A stretch of DNA of 60,497 bases, filler included. It is 6 parts of 6 records of this genome, joined end to end, with 100 filler letters (N's around TTAATTAATTAA, not from the genome) between each part and the next. Parts side by side here need not be neighbours in the genome. Positions count along the whole stretch, not along the records: positions 1 to 29,346 come from SRR2962707_364; positions 29,447 to 35,949 come from SRR2962707_386; positions 36,050 to 44,136 come from SRR2962707_406; 3 more parts are not named here. One strand, written 5' to 3'. This document shows, piece by piece, positions 27,659-39,721 of the stretch. The notes beneath the pieces are model-generated. The model did not search any database, was not told where the DNA came from, and was given only the letters and a program-made list of their open reading frames with translations. Within the stretch, counting starts at the first letter, position 1. Every line of letters starts with the position of its first letter. Made by a program: the position numbers and the translations under genes.

Positions 27659-29180
27659 GGTCAGCATTTCTCTTCGGACACAGGGCGCTTGCAACTCCTC
27701 GAGCACTGCAACAATGAAGCCAAAAGTGCAATTGGCGAGTCACATCACTAGTAAGACAAGCGGCTGTGATTTGACAATTGCACCGACATCCAAAGCGAGA
27801 TACGTTGAGTACAAGCATCAGTGAAATGAACCGCAAGGCTTGGCACGAACAGAAGTTTGGAAATCTGCCAAAACCACATGAAGCTGAGAAACGAAAGAAA
27901 TACATGGCCGATGCATCCGGCGACGAGCAGCCAACGGCGTCGACCAGCTGTTTCCCAAACATGCTCAAAGTCATATACACTGTCTCGAACAAATGCTACA
28001 AAGCTGTACCTATTGCAAGCGGCACCGAATTGTTAGTTTGACCCATGGATACTGGCACTGCAGAGCGCGTAAACAGTTGAGGCCAGCTTCAGCGATTTGA
28101 AGGCCGCAGCGGAAGTGTTTCGCAAGATTCGTATATTTGGCACGTACCCCAGCGGAAGAACACGGAAAACAAGGTAGGCAGCCCAAAGACATATGCCGTT
28201 CAATATCTCAGCTGGACTCGAGCCAGGCCCGCGAATTATATTGTGCTTCTTCAGTATCTTTTGGATATAGTAAATTCCTTGAGCAAATATTGCATTTCAG
28301 AGTTGGCGCACAGCAGCTTTAGTTTCGGTGGCACACTTGTGTGCCCATCGGATCGAGCAACGGGTGACCCACCCAGGAAAAAGTTGCTGCCTTCCAACAG
28401 TCCACCCGTGTAGATGAAAAAATGCACCTGTGACTGACCCAGTCCTGCCACCAAGAACACGATGGCGCACAGGTGGTGCAGGTACTTCAGGGGGTTAAGG
28501 TCCGCTGATTCAAAAAAAAAGAAAAACAAAAAGAATTGAAACGAGGAAACACCAGTGCAGGACAACAACTTCCAAACTTCAAACCCAAAGCAGGGTTTCA
28601 ATGCGCCATTGTACAACAGGCAGTGACAAACCTGTGAGCAGATACCCCCCGATTTCAAAAAGCGATATTGCTCCATGCAGCACAAAAGCGCGAATCACCC
28701 AAGGGCACCTGCAATCGTGTTGTCCAGTTGCAAAGAAGCCTATGAGCCCCACGTCCTTTGACTTGCAGCGAAGCAGCTAGCTTCAGAATGAGAATCAAAT
28801 AAAATACAAAACAAGCGAGACCCATTTCATACGTTGTGTCGAATCGGTGCTCCAGCTCCCAGGCTGTATCCCACCATGCTGGCGCGTACCTGAAGGTGAT
28901 CAGCAACAATTAAATAATTTCGCATGCGTGCGAAAGCTGCAGGTCCGCAGCAAATGATGCGTGCACAGTCGATGTGCCACAAGCAAAAAAATGTCTCACA
29001 TACGATAAGGTCAGGAGTGGAGACACGATCAAGCTGGATACGACACTGTTGGTAATGGTGAACCGGTCCTGCCAAACGTTTAAAACGATGCATATGTACT
29101 TCAAAGGCAACGGAGTGTGGAAGTTGGAGTGGCAGAATACCAAGGTGTTGGAATAATTCTAGTCCAACAAAACATACCTT
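27659..29180 (-). CDS. TLC (TRAM/LAG1/CLN8) domain membrane protein, multi-exon; ends approximate, 5' end uncertain
   Basis: Spliced minus-strand exons give KYLHHLCAIVFL...GGLLEGSNFFL, ILNGICLWAAYLVFRVLP and FLSFMWFWQISK, which are the HH, E.SN.FL, NG...F.V.R and WF..I hallmarks of TLC domains. Confidence 0.75.
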
Positions 29181-29346
29181 TTCACTGAAGCGATTTCGAA
29201 ACGATGACCAACAACACCAAAGGAAAGTCTGAACAAAGACACGCGTTCAGCAGCCAGGCCCGATTCAATAAAAAGCGCTTCCACCCACAATGCCCGTTCT
29301 CATCGACCGACGTCGTCACACAGACACACAGACACACAGACACACA

Positions 29347-29446
29347 NNNNNNNNNNNNNNNNNNNNNNNNNNNNNNNNNNNNNNNNNNNNTTAATTAATT
29401 AANNNNNNNNNNNNNNNNNNNNNNNNNNNNNNNNNNNNNNNNNNNN
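29347..29446. other. Artificial contig spacer
   Basis: 44 N + TTAATTAATTAA (stops in all six frames) + 44 N; flanked by CA-rich and CT-rich simple repeats. Confidence 0.98.
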
Positions 29447-30404
29447 CTCACTCTCACTCTCACTCTCACTCTCTCTTCTCTCGAGCATGTTCCAGGGAGT
29501 CGCTCTCTCTCACGAAGTCGTCGCACGCAGCGGCCACGGAGGGGTTTGTGTGTGTCGAACCTTTTTGCAAGTCGTGCGAGCGGATGAGGAGGCAGCTACG
29601 ATGGATTGTAAGAATTACTCGACAATACCGTAAAAACAAAACGCAACTTCTACGCTTTCTTTCCCAGACGCACTGTCATAGTCTGGGCCTCTGAGTTAGT
29701 ATAAAACTTTAAAAGCGCTATTAATAGCTGTATTTGTTTACTGAATATGTGATATTACCAATTTCTTTCTCATTACCGTGTTGGGTTACTTTGTTACTTT
29801 TGTTTTGCTCGGTCGTTCGGCGTCTCTGTCCTCCTTTGGGGAAGAAAAAAAAAGAAAAGAAAAAAAAGTTTCAGTTCGAGCCTGTTCCCCTCTCTGAGCT
29901 CTTGCCGCCCCCGCCCCCGCTCGCTGTTTCCTTTCCCTGTTTCCTTTTTTTGTTCTGCTCTCTCTTCACTGTTTCTAGACTCTTTCCCCTCCTGCTGGGA
30001 GTGGATTTCCACGTCCGTGAAGCTGAAAACACGCCGGAGCGGTAGTGAGTGATACACCCCGAGTTAGGTGGTACGAAAGCCGCGAGTGTGTCCGCTTCGA
30101 CAGCTTGCAGTGTGCCCTGGTTTCAATTCAATTGCACGCTTGCTGCTGCTGGTGGTCGTTTGCTTCGTCTGTTTGTTTTTTTCAATTGCAAATTGAACAG
30201 CTTGTTTGTCAGCCGCGACAGACTTTGCATAGCATGTTGGGCGCAAGTTCTGCAATGAAGCCACTCGTGGGTGGCTCCGCGTGAGCTTGCTGTCAGCCGC
30301 TCGCCCCCCGTCGAAGTTCATTTTCTATCAACGTCAGTTGCGCTGTCATGCGGCTGGGATTCATTCAAGCAGGGCTGGACGTAGTTGCGTAAAGTGATAT
30401 AAAC

Positions 30405-33400
30405 ATGGCACAGGCGCGAGCAGTGTTGTTGGAGCCTGTCCGAGATGTGTTCCGCCTTGTCCGTTGTGACGAGGAAGACAGCGAGGCGGGAAAGGCGTGC
30501 CTGCTGGAGACACTCGTGTTCGGGTGGAATCTTTTCGGCAGAGTTGATGGGAAATTGCTCACAGACGCGAGGCTCAGTCGCAGGATGGCGTTGACCTACT
30601 TTGACAAAGCAGCAAAGCGTGTGTACGTGCGTTCCTTGCAAAAGAAGAAAGCTATCTTCATTGAAAGCCCTGGAGAGCAACCGCGGTCTCGGCGCCAGTG
30701 CCCGTTTTTTCAGCTCGTTGGCGATACGCCGCCCGACGATGTTGCGAAATTTTGTGACCCTAGTGCCGAGCTTCATGTTGGAGAAAGAATCATTTTCCAG
30801 CCAAGCTCGCCCACAGATAAAACCCGAGCGAGCGATCGCTTTGTGTACGAACTGCAGCTTGCGACATCGACTGTTCCAGGCACAGCAGGTGTGGCGCTTG
30901 AGAGGCAACATGCCGAACCGGCAGAAAAAAAGGCACTTGATCTGCTGCCGGTTGTACAACAAATAAATTTGCCTAGAAAGAGAAAAAGTCCACTTCGAGC
31001 CCCGGTTTCCTTTGAAGAATGCGAAGTCATCGAAATTGACATGAGCGATAGCAGTCCAAGGGTGGAGATGGAAGGCGTGGTGAAAAAGAATCGACGACGA
31101 GATGACACGCCGACCAATCTCGCGACAGTCCAGGCCAGCAAAAGCAGTCCTAGCTCCAATAAAAAGGGTTCACCGCAGCAAAATGTTCAAGCGGAGCTCT
31201 TGAGCAACACTGGGGCAGTCGGGCGCCGCGGCTTCTTCTCTGAAGCTGATGTCATCATGATCCTACCACATCCTCAGGACTGCTCCGTTGAACTTGCCAA
31301 AGCCCAGAGATCAAAAGTGTGCGAAAATGGAGGTCAGGTAGTCCCTGACAACAAACTGTCACGAAAGCCAGCAAAAAATAAAATATTCTTCGAGAATCAT
31401 GTATCCCATATTGTGGCGTCTGAGTATCTCACGGCCGGAGAATTGGTCAAGCAGCTGAATTTGGGAGACAGTGGACTTGCTGGCATTCGGTGCCGCTTTG
31501 GCGACCATGGGGGAGGTAGCGATGTCAAAAGTGAACAATCCCAAAATCTCCAATCAGGACGACCGTTTGTATGGATTGTGAACTTTTCATGGATCCGCAC
31601 GTGTCTGCGTCGACAAGAAAAAGTTGCAGAAATTGACTACCTCTGGCGCCCTTTCGTGCCGCGACCGTCGTCCTCAGCACAAGCTTTGTCTGCTCCTGGT
31701 TCGTTGATGTTGTTGTTGCCATTGTTGCTCAATAATGAGTTTGTTGTGAAGTGCCACAAGCACGTTAGTGTCTTCTTAGTCTGGCATGGCTTGTTTGCGA
31801 TGTTGTGCAAATGCTTTTGCTTGGCTGTGCACCTTTCCTACTGTTGAAGCTCCCTCACGGCGAAAGCTTCGATTGGCCGAAGAATTGGAGCAAAGTCCAT
31901 CGCCGCCGCACTTCGAGCATGATCCTGTAAAGCTTGTTCATGACAATGGAGTGAGGAGTTCAAAGAGCGGAGTTGACTTAGCCAACCCGTGTCATCCAGG
32001 CCTTGATCGTCTTCAAACACTTGCCGCTGCTGCGGAGCGCAAATCGTTTGTGGTAAAAGTTTTGAGAGACATGGGAGATGCATACGAAATGCGCAGTGTG
32101 CGGGCTGGTGCAAATAAACAGGACAAGTGGCGCAAAAAAACATACGATAATTGCGCAGATGCTGTGGAGTGGTACGGAACCAAGGACCATGATTTGAGCA
32201 GGGCACTTTTTGCTTTGCGGCACTGACCAAACAAAGCAATTATCATTTCGATCGCCAATCACTCACTATCTGGACCATTGCGTGTGCAGGCATTGCGGAG
32301 AAGATTTCATGGAAGCTGTTGCGGTTTGTTTTATGACTGTATGAAGCCATTATCTTGTGTAGATGTTCTTCAGTGTCAACGTAGCGCTGTGCTTTTTATG
32401 GCTAGGCTGGACGACAATCCGAAGTATTGAGACTTGCTGCATCGATCGATGGAATTGGAGAAAAAATGGCCACAAAGGTGGCTGCAATTGCTATAACGGG
32501 ATACCATAAACGCATGGATATTCTTGACGATATTGCGATCCAGGGCCAGGTGGGTAATAGCCGTAGGCAGCTGTTTGCAGCTTCTTATTGTGAACATCTC
32601 ACATGTGGTGATTTGTACTTTTCAATTGAACGCAGCTGGCCCTAAAGAAAATTCATGGCGTTGGCCTCGCAACGGCTCGAGATCTCTACAACGCTGGCTT
32701 TACATCAATAGCGAAGCTCAGAGCTGGTAAGAATCTAAATCTTTGCACGTGAAAGTGCGAACAACGCAAGTTGACCAAGTGCGGCAATGTGTGAGTGTTC
32801 CTTTGTCAACGTTCATTGACTTTTTTCGCACTTGTATGAACCCAACAAGAGGTCAAGCGGAGGGCTGAAAATGGAGAGCCACCCCTGCTTAACCGTTCTC
32901 AGACTATTGGCCTTGACTCGTGAGTTGCAGGAGCGATCTATTGTTCTTGAATGCTGGTAGAATGCTGTGCATGGTGTATATTTTAACAGCCAGTGGCTTT
33001 GTGCCGTTATATAGGTATGAAGATCTTTGCAAAAAAATCCCTCGTCGTGTAGTCAAGCGCCTCTCAGAACGAATTGAACGGTTTGTGTTGCTGTTTTTCA
33101 GATTCAGCAGGTCACTTCGTCTCCTCTTTGCGTTTTACTAGTCACAAGTTTGCAATGCCGACCGATGCGTTGTCATAGGGCTGCTCAGCTCTTGTTACCA
33201 GGTGTTCAAGTGACGACATGTGGAAGCTATCGGCGTGGCTGTGCGGAATCTGGAGACATTGACATTTTAATTACGAATCCAAATGGGGACTGCCCCATCT
33301 TGCACCGGCTTGTCGAGCAGTGAGTTCATTCAGTGTGACACTGCCAACTGCTGGAACTGAGCGCGTTTCACATCTGCCTCGACAGCGGGGACAAATATTC

Positions 33401-34444
33401 AGTGTCTTGTTCGCTTGCTTCTGTCGATCTGTTTGATATTATTCCAAGACTTCATGCTGATGGCGTATTGGTCGCAGATTTAAGTCGGCCCAGTGATCAC
33501 GTTGCTGGCACAAAGAGCACGGTATTTTCCGAGTGTCCTTGACGCACATCGCTGGTCAGCTGTGGGCATTCACAATTAATGGGCTCATCCTTCACGGTGA
33601 TTTGTAGATTGGTAATATTGACGGGCAAAGTGACACTTACATGGGAGTTGGTGTGTACGAAGACGATTTGAACCCAGGCAACTTCGTTCGCTGTCGCATC
33701 GATATCAAAGTGTATGTTTCCTGTTGGCCTCCCACTGGATGCCCTTCTTGTTTTTGGCAATGATGTTCATGCAGCCTGCATTGCAATTGGCAGCCCTCCC
33801 CACAGCCACTGTTTCTTGTCTATCCTTGCGTGAAATTGGCAGATATCCACACCACCAAATTGCCTACGCCCTGATATACTTCACCGGCTCCACCATGTTT
33901 TTGCGGAAGCTGAAGCTTTTAGCCTTGCGCCAAAACCTTATGCTGGGTTAGAGCTTTGCTTGCGTCACAAGCAATGTCAGCATGCCAATGATTTTGCAGC
34001 ATTGTTTCACTGAAACGTACTGCTTCGTGCACCAGGTCACGTGCATATGACGCACACTGCAACTCACCGCGATAGAGTGTGCAACAATCAAGAGTTCGGT
34101 CCATCGTACGTTGCTGTTAGTGTGCTCACATGCTTTAATTGTAGACATTCATCTGCGTGCAACAATGTCGTTCATGTCGATTGTTCTGTAAATCAGGCGT
34201 GTTATTCCCGCCATGTACACAGAAGAAGAGGTTTTCAACTTTCTTGGTAAGCTCGATCAATGTGGTTTGTCTTGAATCGTCCAAAAAGAACATCATAGGG
34301 TGTTATGTGTCAATGTGCCATTGTTACACTGCGTCAGGTCTCGAGTACGTCCCACCAACCCAGCGGTTCTTCTTCTCGCTTTCAACACTCACAAGGCAGG
34401 TTTCAGAAACAACGCTCCAAACTCTACGAGGAAAGCGACAATAG
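30405..34444 (+). CDS. Family X DNA polymerase (pol lambda-like) with N-terminal FHA-like and BRCT domains, multi-exon
   Basis: 8-kDa domain DKWRKKTY; HhH motifs IDGIGEKMATKV and IHGVGLATARDLY; catalytic CGSYRRGCAESGDIDILIT (~33220); RIDIK (~33695); YFTGS (~33877); thumb TEEEVFNFLGLEYVPPTQR. BRCT at ~31230-31645 (NGGQVV, SHIVA, IVNFSWIRTCL). The last exon end is uncertain. Confidence 0.9.
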
Positions 34445-34555
34445 CTTTCGCTGCATTGTTGATTGAATATTATGCTACCATTTTATGAGATCAAGAGAAT
34501 GATGGTTTGCTATCTAGGGCGCTGCCCAGCTCGAGAGGTTGTGGTCGTGGCGCAG

Positions 34556-35589
34556 CTACTGTTGAGACGGTGTCTCGAGAGAATCATAACTGTGCTGAAA
34601 CGGCACGCTTGATGGCTCTTTTGAAAACAAATTGGTAATTTTTCGCACCGAGAAAGCTGCACCGTCTGGAATGAGCCAAATTCAGCATGGTGAATAACAA
34701 GCGAAATACTCACATCGCATCCACACAATTCACACACCAAAATTGTACAAGGAAAATAACTCCAAGAATAGTACCTGCTACCAAGCTCGGAAGTTCCCGC
34801 CATGCCTTTGCGTTCGGAATGGCATCGGCTCCACTGAGACCCTCGCGCCTGCAAAGAAATCACATATCGGCGAATTTTTGAGCAGGACTTTATGAAACAC
34901 TGGCGAGCAAATCACGCACTGCATGTGAAGAACACTGGCGAGTCGGATACAATGATGCACTGGACTCACTTGATGTTCCAAAAGAGCCCCCCCACGCAGT
35001 AGGCACTGAAAAGAATCCCACCAATGATTAAGACTGTCCAGCCAGTTCCCAACGAATGGGAAGGGCAGCCCGCCGCGGAATGCATGGTGAGTGTGTAGCT
35101 GCAGAGTGAATCATCTGTCCCCTCGACTCCACCCTCAATTTCTGGCTTCTGCTTCGTGGGATCACAAAGAACTTCAAATATCATGGTTCGTGGTTTACCA
35201 ATTGTATCGCAATGGTCGCCACTGCCGTACGTCAACAAAACGCCTTTCGACGGGTCATTCTTGTCGACGTTCGCCCACTCTGGGGCCACCAACCCACCTA
35301 TTTTAGCCAAGCAGTGCCCGTTTGCCAACTGCACTCCCGTTGCGTCCTTCCTAGAAGGGCTGCGAGGGCAGCCTTGGGACACAATGCCGCACACATTGGC
35401 AAGATACACACTGTTTCCACCAGGGAAAATGTACGGGTCTGCTGCAGGGCGAGTTAACGACGATAAGTCAAAGGTTAGACCGGAGTGAGGGTCAAGCCAC
35501 GAACAAGTGGCACTTGCCAAGGTGCTGGAAAGCAGCACCAGAATCCCGCAACAAAAAACAACCAGCAGTGACGGCGTTCGCGACCCCAT
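34556..35589 (-). CDS. MRH-domain type I membrane receptor (cation-dependent mannose-6-phosphate receptor / ATG27-like), 3 exons
   Basis: Signal peptide MGSRTPSLLVVFCCGILVLL; FDLSSL, NVCG, LTYGSGDHC, CDP, CSYTLTMHSAAGCP; TM helix; spliced tail GADAIPNAKAWRELPSLVADG...YDSL. Confidence 0.85.
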
Positions 35590-35949
35590 TTGCAAACGAC
35601 TTGTGCTTGACTTCGTCACCTTGGCATCGAAACAACTATCACCAGCCCAACTACGCCCCGTAGCTCCGCACCTCAGCACCCACCCGTCGCATGCACGCAC
35701 CAGCAACGAAAATAATGCCCACGAAAATCAGAACCCAGCAACAGCGAGAGAGCTCAAGAGAGACAGACAGACAGAGCTCCAGAGACAACGTGGAAACTCA
35801 ATCAGATCCGCAACGACGAACACACAATCCCGATGAAAATTGATGCGGTGGCAATAACACTCTCCCCTCTTCACACGCACCACTCGTCGTGGCTCACACC
35901 ACATGCACACACCTTCCGACACACCACTCACTCACTCACTCACTCACGA

Positions 35950-36049
35950 NNNNNNNNNNNNNNNNNNNNNNNNNNNNNNNNNNNNNNNNNNNNTTAATTA
36001 ATTAANNNNNNNNNNNNNNNNNNNNNNNNNNNNNNNNNNNNNNNNNNNN
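35950..36049. other. Artificial contig spacer
   Basis: N44-TTAATTAATTAA-N44. Confidence 0.98.
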
Positions 36050-36688
36050 GCCGTCATCGACGACATCGCCAACATGGCCCGCGCCGCCCTATACCTGTCC
36101 GAAGCGACCAGCGATGCCGGCTATATCGCTGATGCCGAAAAATGGGTCACCGTTGCCGACGAACATTATCTCGACACCCAGGGCGGCGGTTATTTCATGT
36201 CCGCCGACGACACACCCGGCCTTGTCGCAAAGCCGAAACCGATATTCGACAATGCGCAACCTTCAGGAAACGGGACCATGGCGGAAGTGCTGGTCCGGCT
36301 CTATCTGATGACCGGCAACGATGCCTGTCGCGCGCGCGCGGAAAGTCTCTTCGAGACCTTCATGACGGAAGAGAACAATCACAACCTGCATCATCCGACG
36401 CTGCTTTTTGCATGGGAGCTCATGGTCAGGGGCACACAGATCGTGATTGCCGGCGAACCCGGGGACGCGGCGACACGCACCCTCGTCGATGTCGCGCTGA
36501 AAACACCGAACCGGCTCAGCGTCGTCACCTGGGTCGGGCCGGAAGATGCCCTGCCCGAAACCCATGCCGCCGCCGGCAAGGGAATGGTCGACGGGAAGCC
36601 CGCGGCCTATGTCTGCGTCGGACCGACCTGCAGTCTGCCGGTCACCGATCCGCAGGACCTCGCGGCAGCCCTGGGGAATCAGGGATGA
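36050..36688 (+). CDS. YyaL/SSP411-like thioredoxin-domain protein, C-terminal part (truncated by contig start)
   Basis: GGYF, DNAQPSGNGTMA and GKPAAYVCVGPTCSLPVTD are characteristic of the YyaL C-terminus. Confidence 0.85.
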   Translation, partial: AVIDDIANMARAALYLSEATSDAGYIADAEKWVTVADEHYLDTQGGGYFMSADDTPGLVAKPKPIFDNAQPSGNGTMAEVLVRLYLMTGNDACRARAESLFETFMTEENNHNLHHPTLLFAWELMVRGTQIVIAGEPGDAATRTLVDVALKTPNRLSVVTWVGPEDALPETHAAAGKGMVDGKPAAYVCVGPTCSLPVTDPQDLAAALGNQG

Positions 36689-37158
36689 CGGAAGCGCCGG
36701 CATATCTTTCGTTCAATTCGCCGATCGGTCCGCTGACGCTGTTCGCCGAGAACGGCTGTCTGATCGTCGTCGAGGCCGGGGCGATCCCCGGCGCCGGGTC
36801 CGATGATCCGTTGCTCAAGGAAGCCCGCCGCCAGATCGATGCCTACTTCGATGGCAGGCTGCAGGACTTCGATCTGCCCCTGGCGCCCGCCGGCACCCCG
36901 CGGCAAAAGGAAATCTGGCAGGCGATGTCGGCCATTCCCTACGGCACAACGAAAACCTATGGCGAACTGGCCCGCGAACTCGGTAGCGCGGCACGGGCCA
37001 TCGGCGGTGCCTGCGGCGCCAACCCGCTGCCGATCGTGATCCCCTGCCACCGGGTTCTGGGCGCCGGAAACGCGATGGGCGGGTACTCATTCGCGGACGG
37101 CCCAGAAACCAAACAGATGCTCCTCAATCTCGAAGGGGTTTCGGTCCGATTGATCTGA
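36685..37158 (+). CDS. ogt: Methylated-DNA--protein-cysteine methyltransferase
   Basis: IPYGTTKTYGELA, ARAIGGACGANPLPIVIPCHRV active-site motif; ATGA overlap with the upstream gene gives the start at 36685. Confidence 0.92.
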   Translation: MTEAPAYLSFNSPIGPLTLFAENGCLIVVEAGAIPGAGSDDPLLKEARRQIDAYFDGRLQDFDLPLAPAGTPRQKEIWQAMSAIPYGTTKTYGELARELGSAARAIGGACGANPLPIVIPCHRVLGAGNAMGGYSFADGPETKQMLLNLEGVSVRLI

Positions 37159-37226
37159 CCGCTTGTCGGCACCTGTCACAGCCCCCATATTTCAAAATAA
37201 CAGAATACTCTAAGGGAGGGATTTCC

Positions 37227-38198
37227 ATGACCAAAGGCATACGCATTCACGAAACAGGCGGCCCCGACGTAATGAAGTGGGAAGATATCGAGGTCGGTGA
37301 TCCCGGTCCCGGTGAAGTTCGCGTCAAACAGTCCGCCGTCGGCCTCAACTACATCGACGTCTATTTCCGTACCGGCCTGTATCCGGCTGAGCTGCCCGCC
37401 ATCATCGGCATGGAAGCCGCCGGCGTCATCGAAGCGGTCGGTGAGGGTGTCACCGAGTTTGCCGTCGGCGACCGCGTCGCCTATCCGATGGTCCCGGGCG
37501 CGTACTGCGAAGCCCGCTGCATGCCGACCCTCAAGGTCGTGAAGCTGCCGGACGCCATCGACGATCAGACCGCGGCAGCGATGATGCTGAAAGGTCTGAC
37601 GGCGCAATATCTTCTGTTCCGCACCTACAAGGTGCAGCCCGGCGATACCATTCTGGTCTATGCCGCCGCCGGCGGTGTCGGCCTGATCATGTGCCAGTGG
37701 GCGAAGAAACTGGGCGCTACCGTGATCGGCTGTGTCGGCTCCGAAGAAAAGGCCGAGCTGGCCAAAGCCAACGGCTGTGATCATCCGATCCTGTACCGTG
37801 ACGAGAACATTCCCGAGCGGGTCAGGGAACTGACCGACGGCAAGGGTGTCGCGGCGGCTTACGACAGCATCGGCAAATCGACGTTCATGGACTCCCTCGA
37901 CAGTCTCGCCCCCTTCGGCGTGCTGGCGACGTTCGGCAATGCGTCGGGCAAGGTCGAACCGTTCGATCCGGGCATTCTCGCACCCAAGGGCTCGCTCTAC
38001 GTCACACGTCCGACGCTCGGCACCCACACCGCAACGCGCGAACTGGTGCTCGACGGCACCAAACACCTGTTCGATGCGGTGACATCCGGGGATGTGAAAA
38101 TCGCCGTCAATCAGACCTATGAGCTGAAAGACGTCGCCAAGGCACACGCCGATCTCGAAGCCCGCAACACAACCGGCTCGACGGTGTTTACCGTCTAA
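37227..38198 (+). CDS. qor: NADPH:quinone oxidoreductase (zeta-crystallin/MDR family)
   Basis: GLNYIDVYFRTGLY, GMEAAG, AAAGGVG, KGSLYVTRPTL, TTGSTV; RBS GGAGG upstream. Confidence 0.92.
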   Translation: MTKGIRIHETGGPDVMKWEDIEVGDPGPGEVRVKQSAVGLNYIDVYFRTGLYPAELPAIIGMEAAGVIEAVGEGVTEFAVGDRVAYPMVPGAYCEARCMPTLKVVKLPDAIDDQTAAAMMLKGLTAQYLLFRTYKVQPGDTILVYAAAGGVGLIMCQWAKKLGATVIGCVGSEEKAELAKANGCDHPILYRDENIPERVRELTDGKGVAAAYDSIGKSTFMDSLDSLAPFGVLATFGNASGKVEPFDPGILAPKGSLYVTRPTLGTHTATRELVLDGTKHLFDAVTSGDVKIAVNQTYELKDVAKAHADLEARNTTGSTVFTV

Positions 38199-38216
38199 GC
38201 TGCAAAACCTGTAACA

Positions 38217-38254
38217 GAAAAGGCACCGGTGTTTCCGCCGGTGCCTTTTTTTTT
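38217..38254. terminator. Intrinsic (probably bidirectional) terminator between convergent qor and rho
   Basis: AAAAGGCACCGG-tgtttccg-CCGGTGCCTTTTTTTTT hairpin with A and T tracts. Confidence 0.85.
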
Positions 38255-38272
38255 GGACTCTGCTAAGTCGTT

Positions 38273-39529
38273 CTATTGATTCATTGAATCGAAGAAATCG
38301 TTGTTGTTCTTCGAGTGCTTGATCTTGTCGAGCAGGAACTCCATCGCATCGGTGACGCCCATCGGCATGAGGATGCGGCGCAGTACCCACATCTTGGCGA
38401 GCGTGCCCTTGTCGACCAGAAGTTCTTCTTTCCGGGTGCCGGACTTGGTGATGTCGATGGTCGGCCAGGTCCGTTTGTCGGACAGCTTGCGATCGAGAAT
38501 GATTTCCGAGTTACCGGTGCCCTTGAATTCTTCGAAGATGACTTCGTCCATGCGCGATCCGGTATCGATCAGGGCCGTTGCAATAATCGTCAGCGAGCCG
38601 CCTTCCTCGATGTTCCGCGCTGCGCCGAAGAAACGCTTCGGGCGCTGCAGGGCATTGGCGTCGACACCGCCGGTCAGCACCTTGCCGCTCGACGGCACGA
38701 CGGTGTTGTAGGCGCGGGCCAGACGGGTGATGGAATCCAGCAGGATCACCACGTCGCGTTTGTGTTCGACCAGGCGTTTGGCTTTTTCCAGCACCATTTC
38801 CGTGACCTGGACGTGGCGCGTCGCCGGCTCGTCGAAGGTCGATGAAATGACTTCGCCCTTCACGGTACGGGCCATGTCGGTGACTTCTTCCGGGCGTTCG
38901 TCGATCAGCAAAACGATCAGATAGCATTCCGGGTGGTTACGTGCGATCGAGTTCGCCATGTTCTGCAGCATCACGGTTTTACCGGTGCGCGGCGGCGCGA
39001 CGATCAGGCCACGCTGGCCCTTGCCGAGCGGGCTGACGAGATCGAGGACCCGGTGCGTCGGATCCTTGATTTCCGGATCGTCGATTTCCATCAACAGACG
39101 CTCTTCAGGATACAGCGGCGTCAGGTTATCGAAGTTGATCCGATGACGCACATCGCCCGGATCGGCGAAGTTGACCTTGTTGATTTTCAGCAGCGCGAAA
39201 TAGCGTTCACCGTCTTTCGGGGAACGGATTTCGCCTTCAACAGTATCGCCGGTCCTGAGCGAGAAGCGGCGGATCTGGCTCGGGCTGACATAGATATCAT
39301 CCGGTCCCGGAAGATAGTTGGCTTCAGGGCTTCTGAGAAACCCGAACCCGTCCTGCAGGACTTCGAGCACACCATCGCCGAAAATGGCGATTTCATCTTC
39401 AGCCAGATGTTTGAGGATCGCGAACATCATGTCCTGCTTACGCAGTGAGCTTGCGTTCTCGATCTCCAATTCTTCGGCGTAGGCCAGAAGATCGGCCGGG
39501 GATTTTTCTTTGAGGTCCTTGAGATTCAT
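38273..39529 (-). CDS. rho: Transcription termination factor Rho (418 aa)
   Basis: [18 protein letters not shown]-loop [26 protein letters not shown]; start MNLKDLK at 39529. Confidence 0.98.
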   Translation of the reverse strand: MNLKDLKEKSPADLLAYAEELEIENASSLRKQDMMFAILKHLAEDEIAIFGDGVLEVLQDGFGFLRSPEANYLPGPDDIYVSPSQIRRFSLRTGDTVEGEIRSPKDGERYFALLKINKVNFADPGDVRHRINFDNLTPLYPEERLLMEIDDPEIKDPTHRVLDLVSPLGKGQRGLIVAPPRTGKTVMLQNMANSIARNHPECYLIVLLIDERPEEVTDMARTVKGEVISSTFDEPATRHVQVTEMVLEKAKRLVEHKRDVVILLDSITRLARAYNTVVPSSGKVLTGGVDANALQRPKRFFGAARNIEEGGSLTIIATALIDTGSRMDEVIFEEFKGTGNSEIILDRKLSDKRTWPTIDITKSGTRKEELLVDKGTLAKMWVLRRILMPMGVTDAMEFLLDKIKHSKNNNDFFDSMNQ

Positions 39530-39721
39530 GTCTCTGCTTCGGTTATCGGTTTCGGGGGAGAAAGGAATTTGCGTGACGTGCCGGACCACTCGGGTCGCTT
39601 GGAACCTTGGTGCACCCCTTTGGGGCGTCGTTAAAGTTTAGGCAATCACTTATAGATCGGATCGTGTCCGTTGAAGTTGGCAAACGATTACGATAAGCGC
39701 CGCACCCTGTCAATTGGCTTT

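Noticed and set aside
36142-36684. N-terminal extension of ogt in the 338-aa ORF
   Set aside because: It overlaps the yyaL-like gene in another frame and has shadow-ORF composition; the real start is the ATGA overlap at 36685.
30405-37158. A DNA-repair cluster formed by the PolX gene and ogt
   Set aside because: They sit on different contigs, one eukaryotic and one bacterial, separated by a spacer.
37176-38390. 404-aa minus-strand ORF opposite qor (and similar antisense ORFs across the window)
   Set aside because: Antisense shadow of a GC3-rich gene with no recognisable motifs.
39530-39721. Riboswitch or ncRNA in the rho leader
   Set aside because: Only a short CCCC-TTT-GGGG hairpin is visible; no recognisable RNA family.
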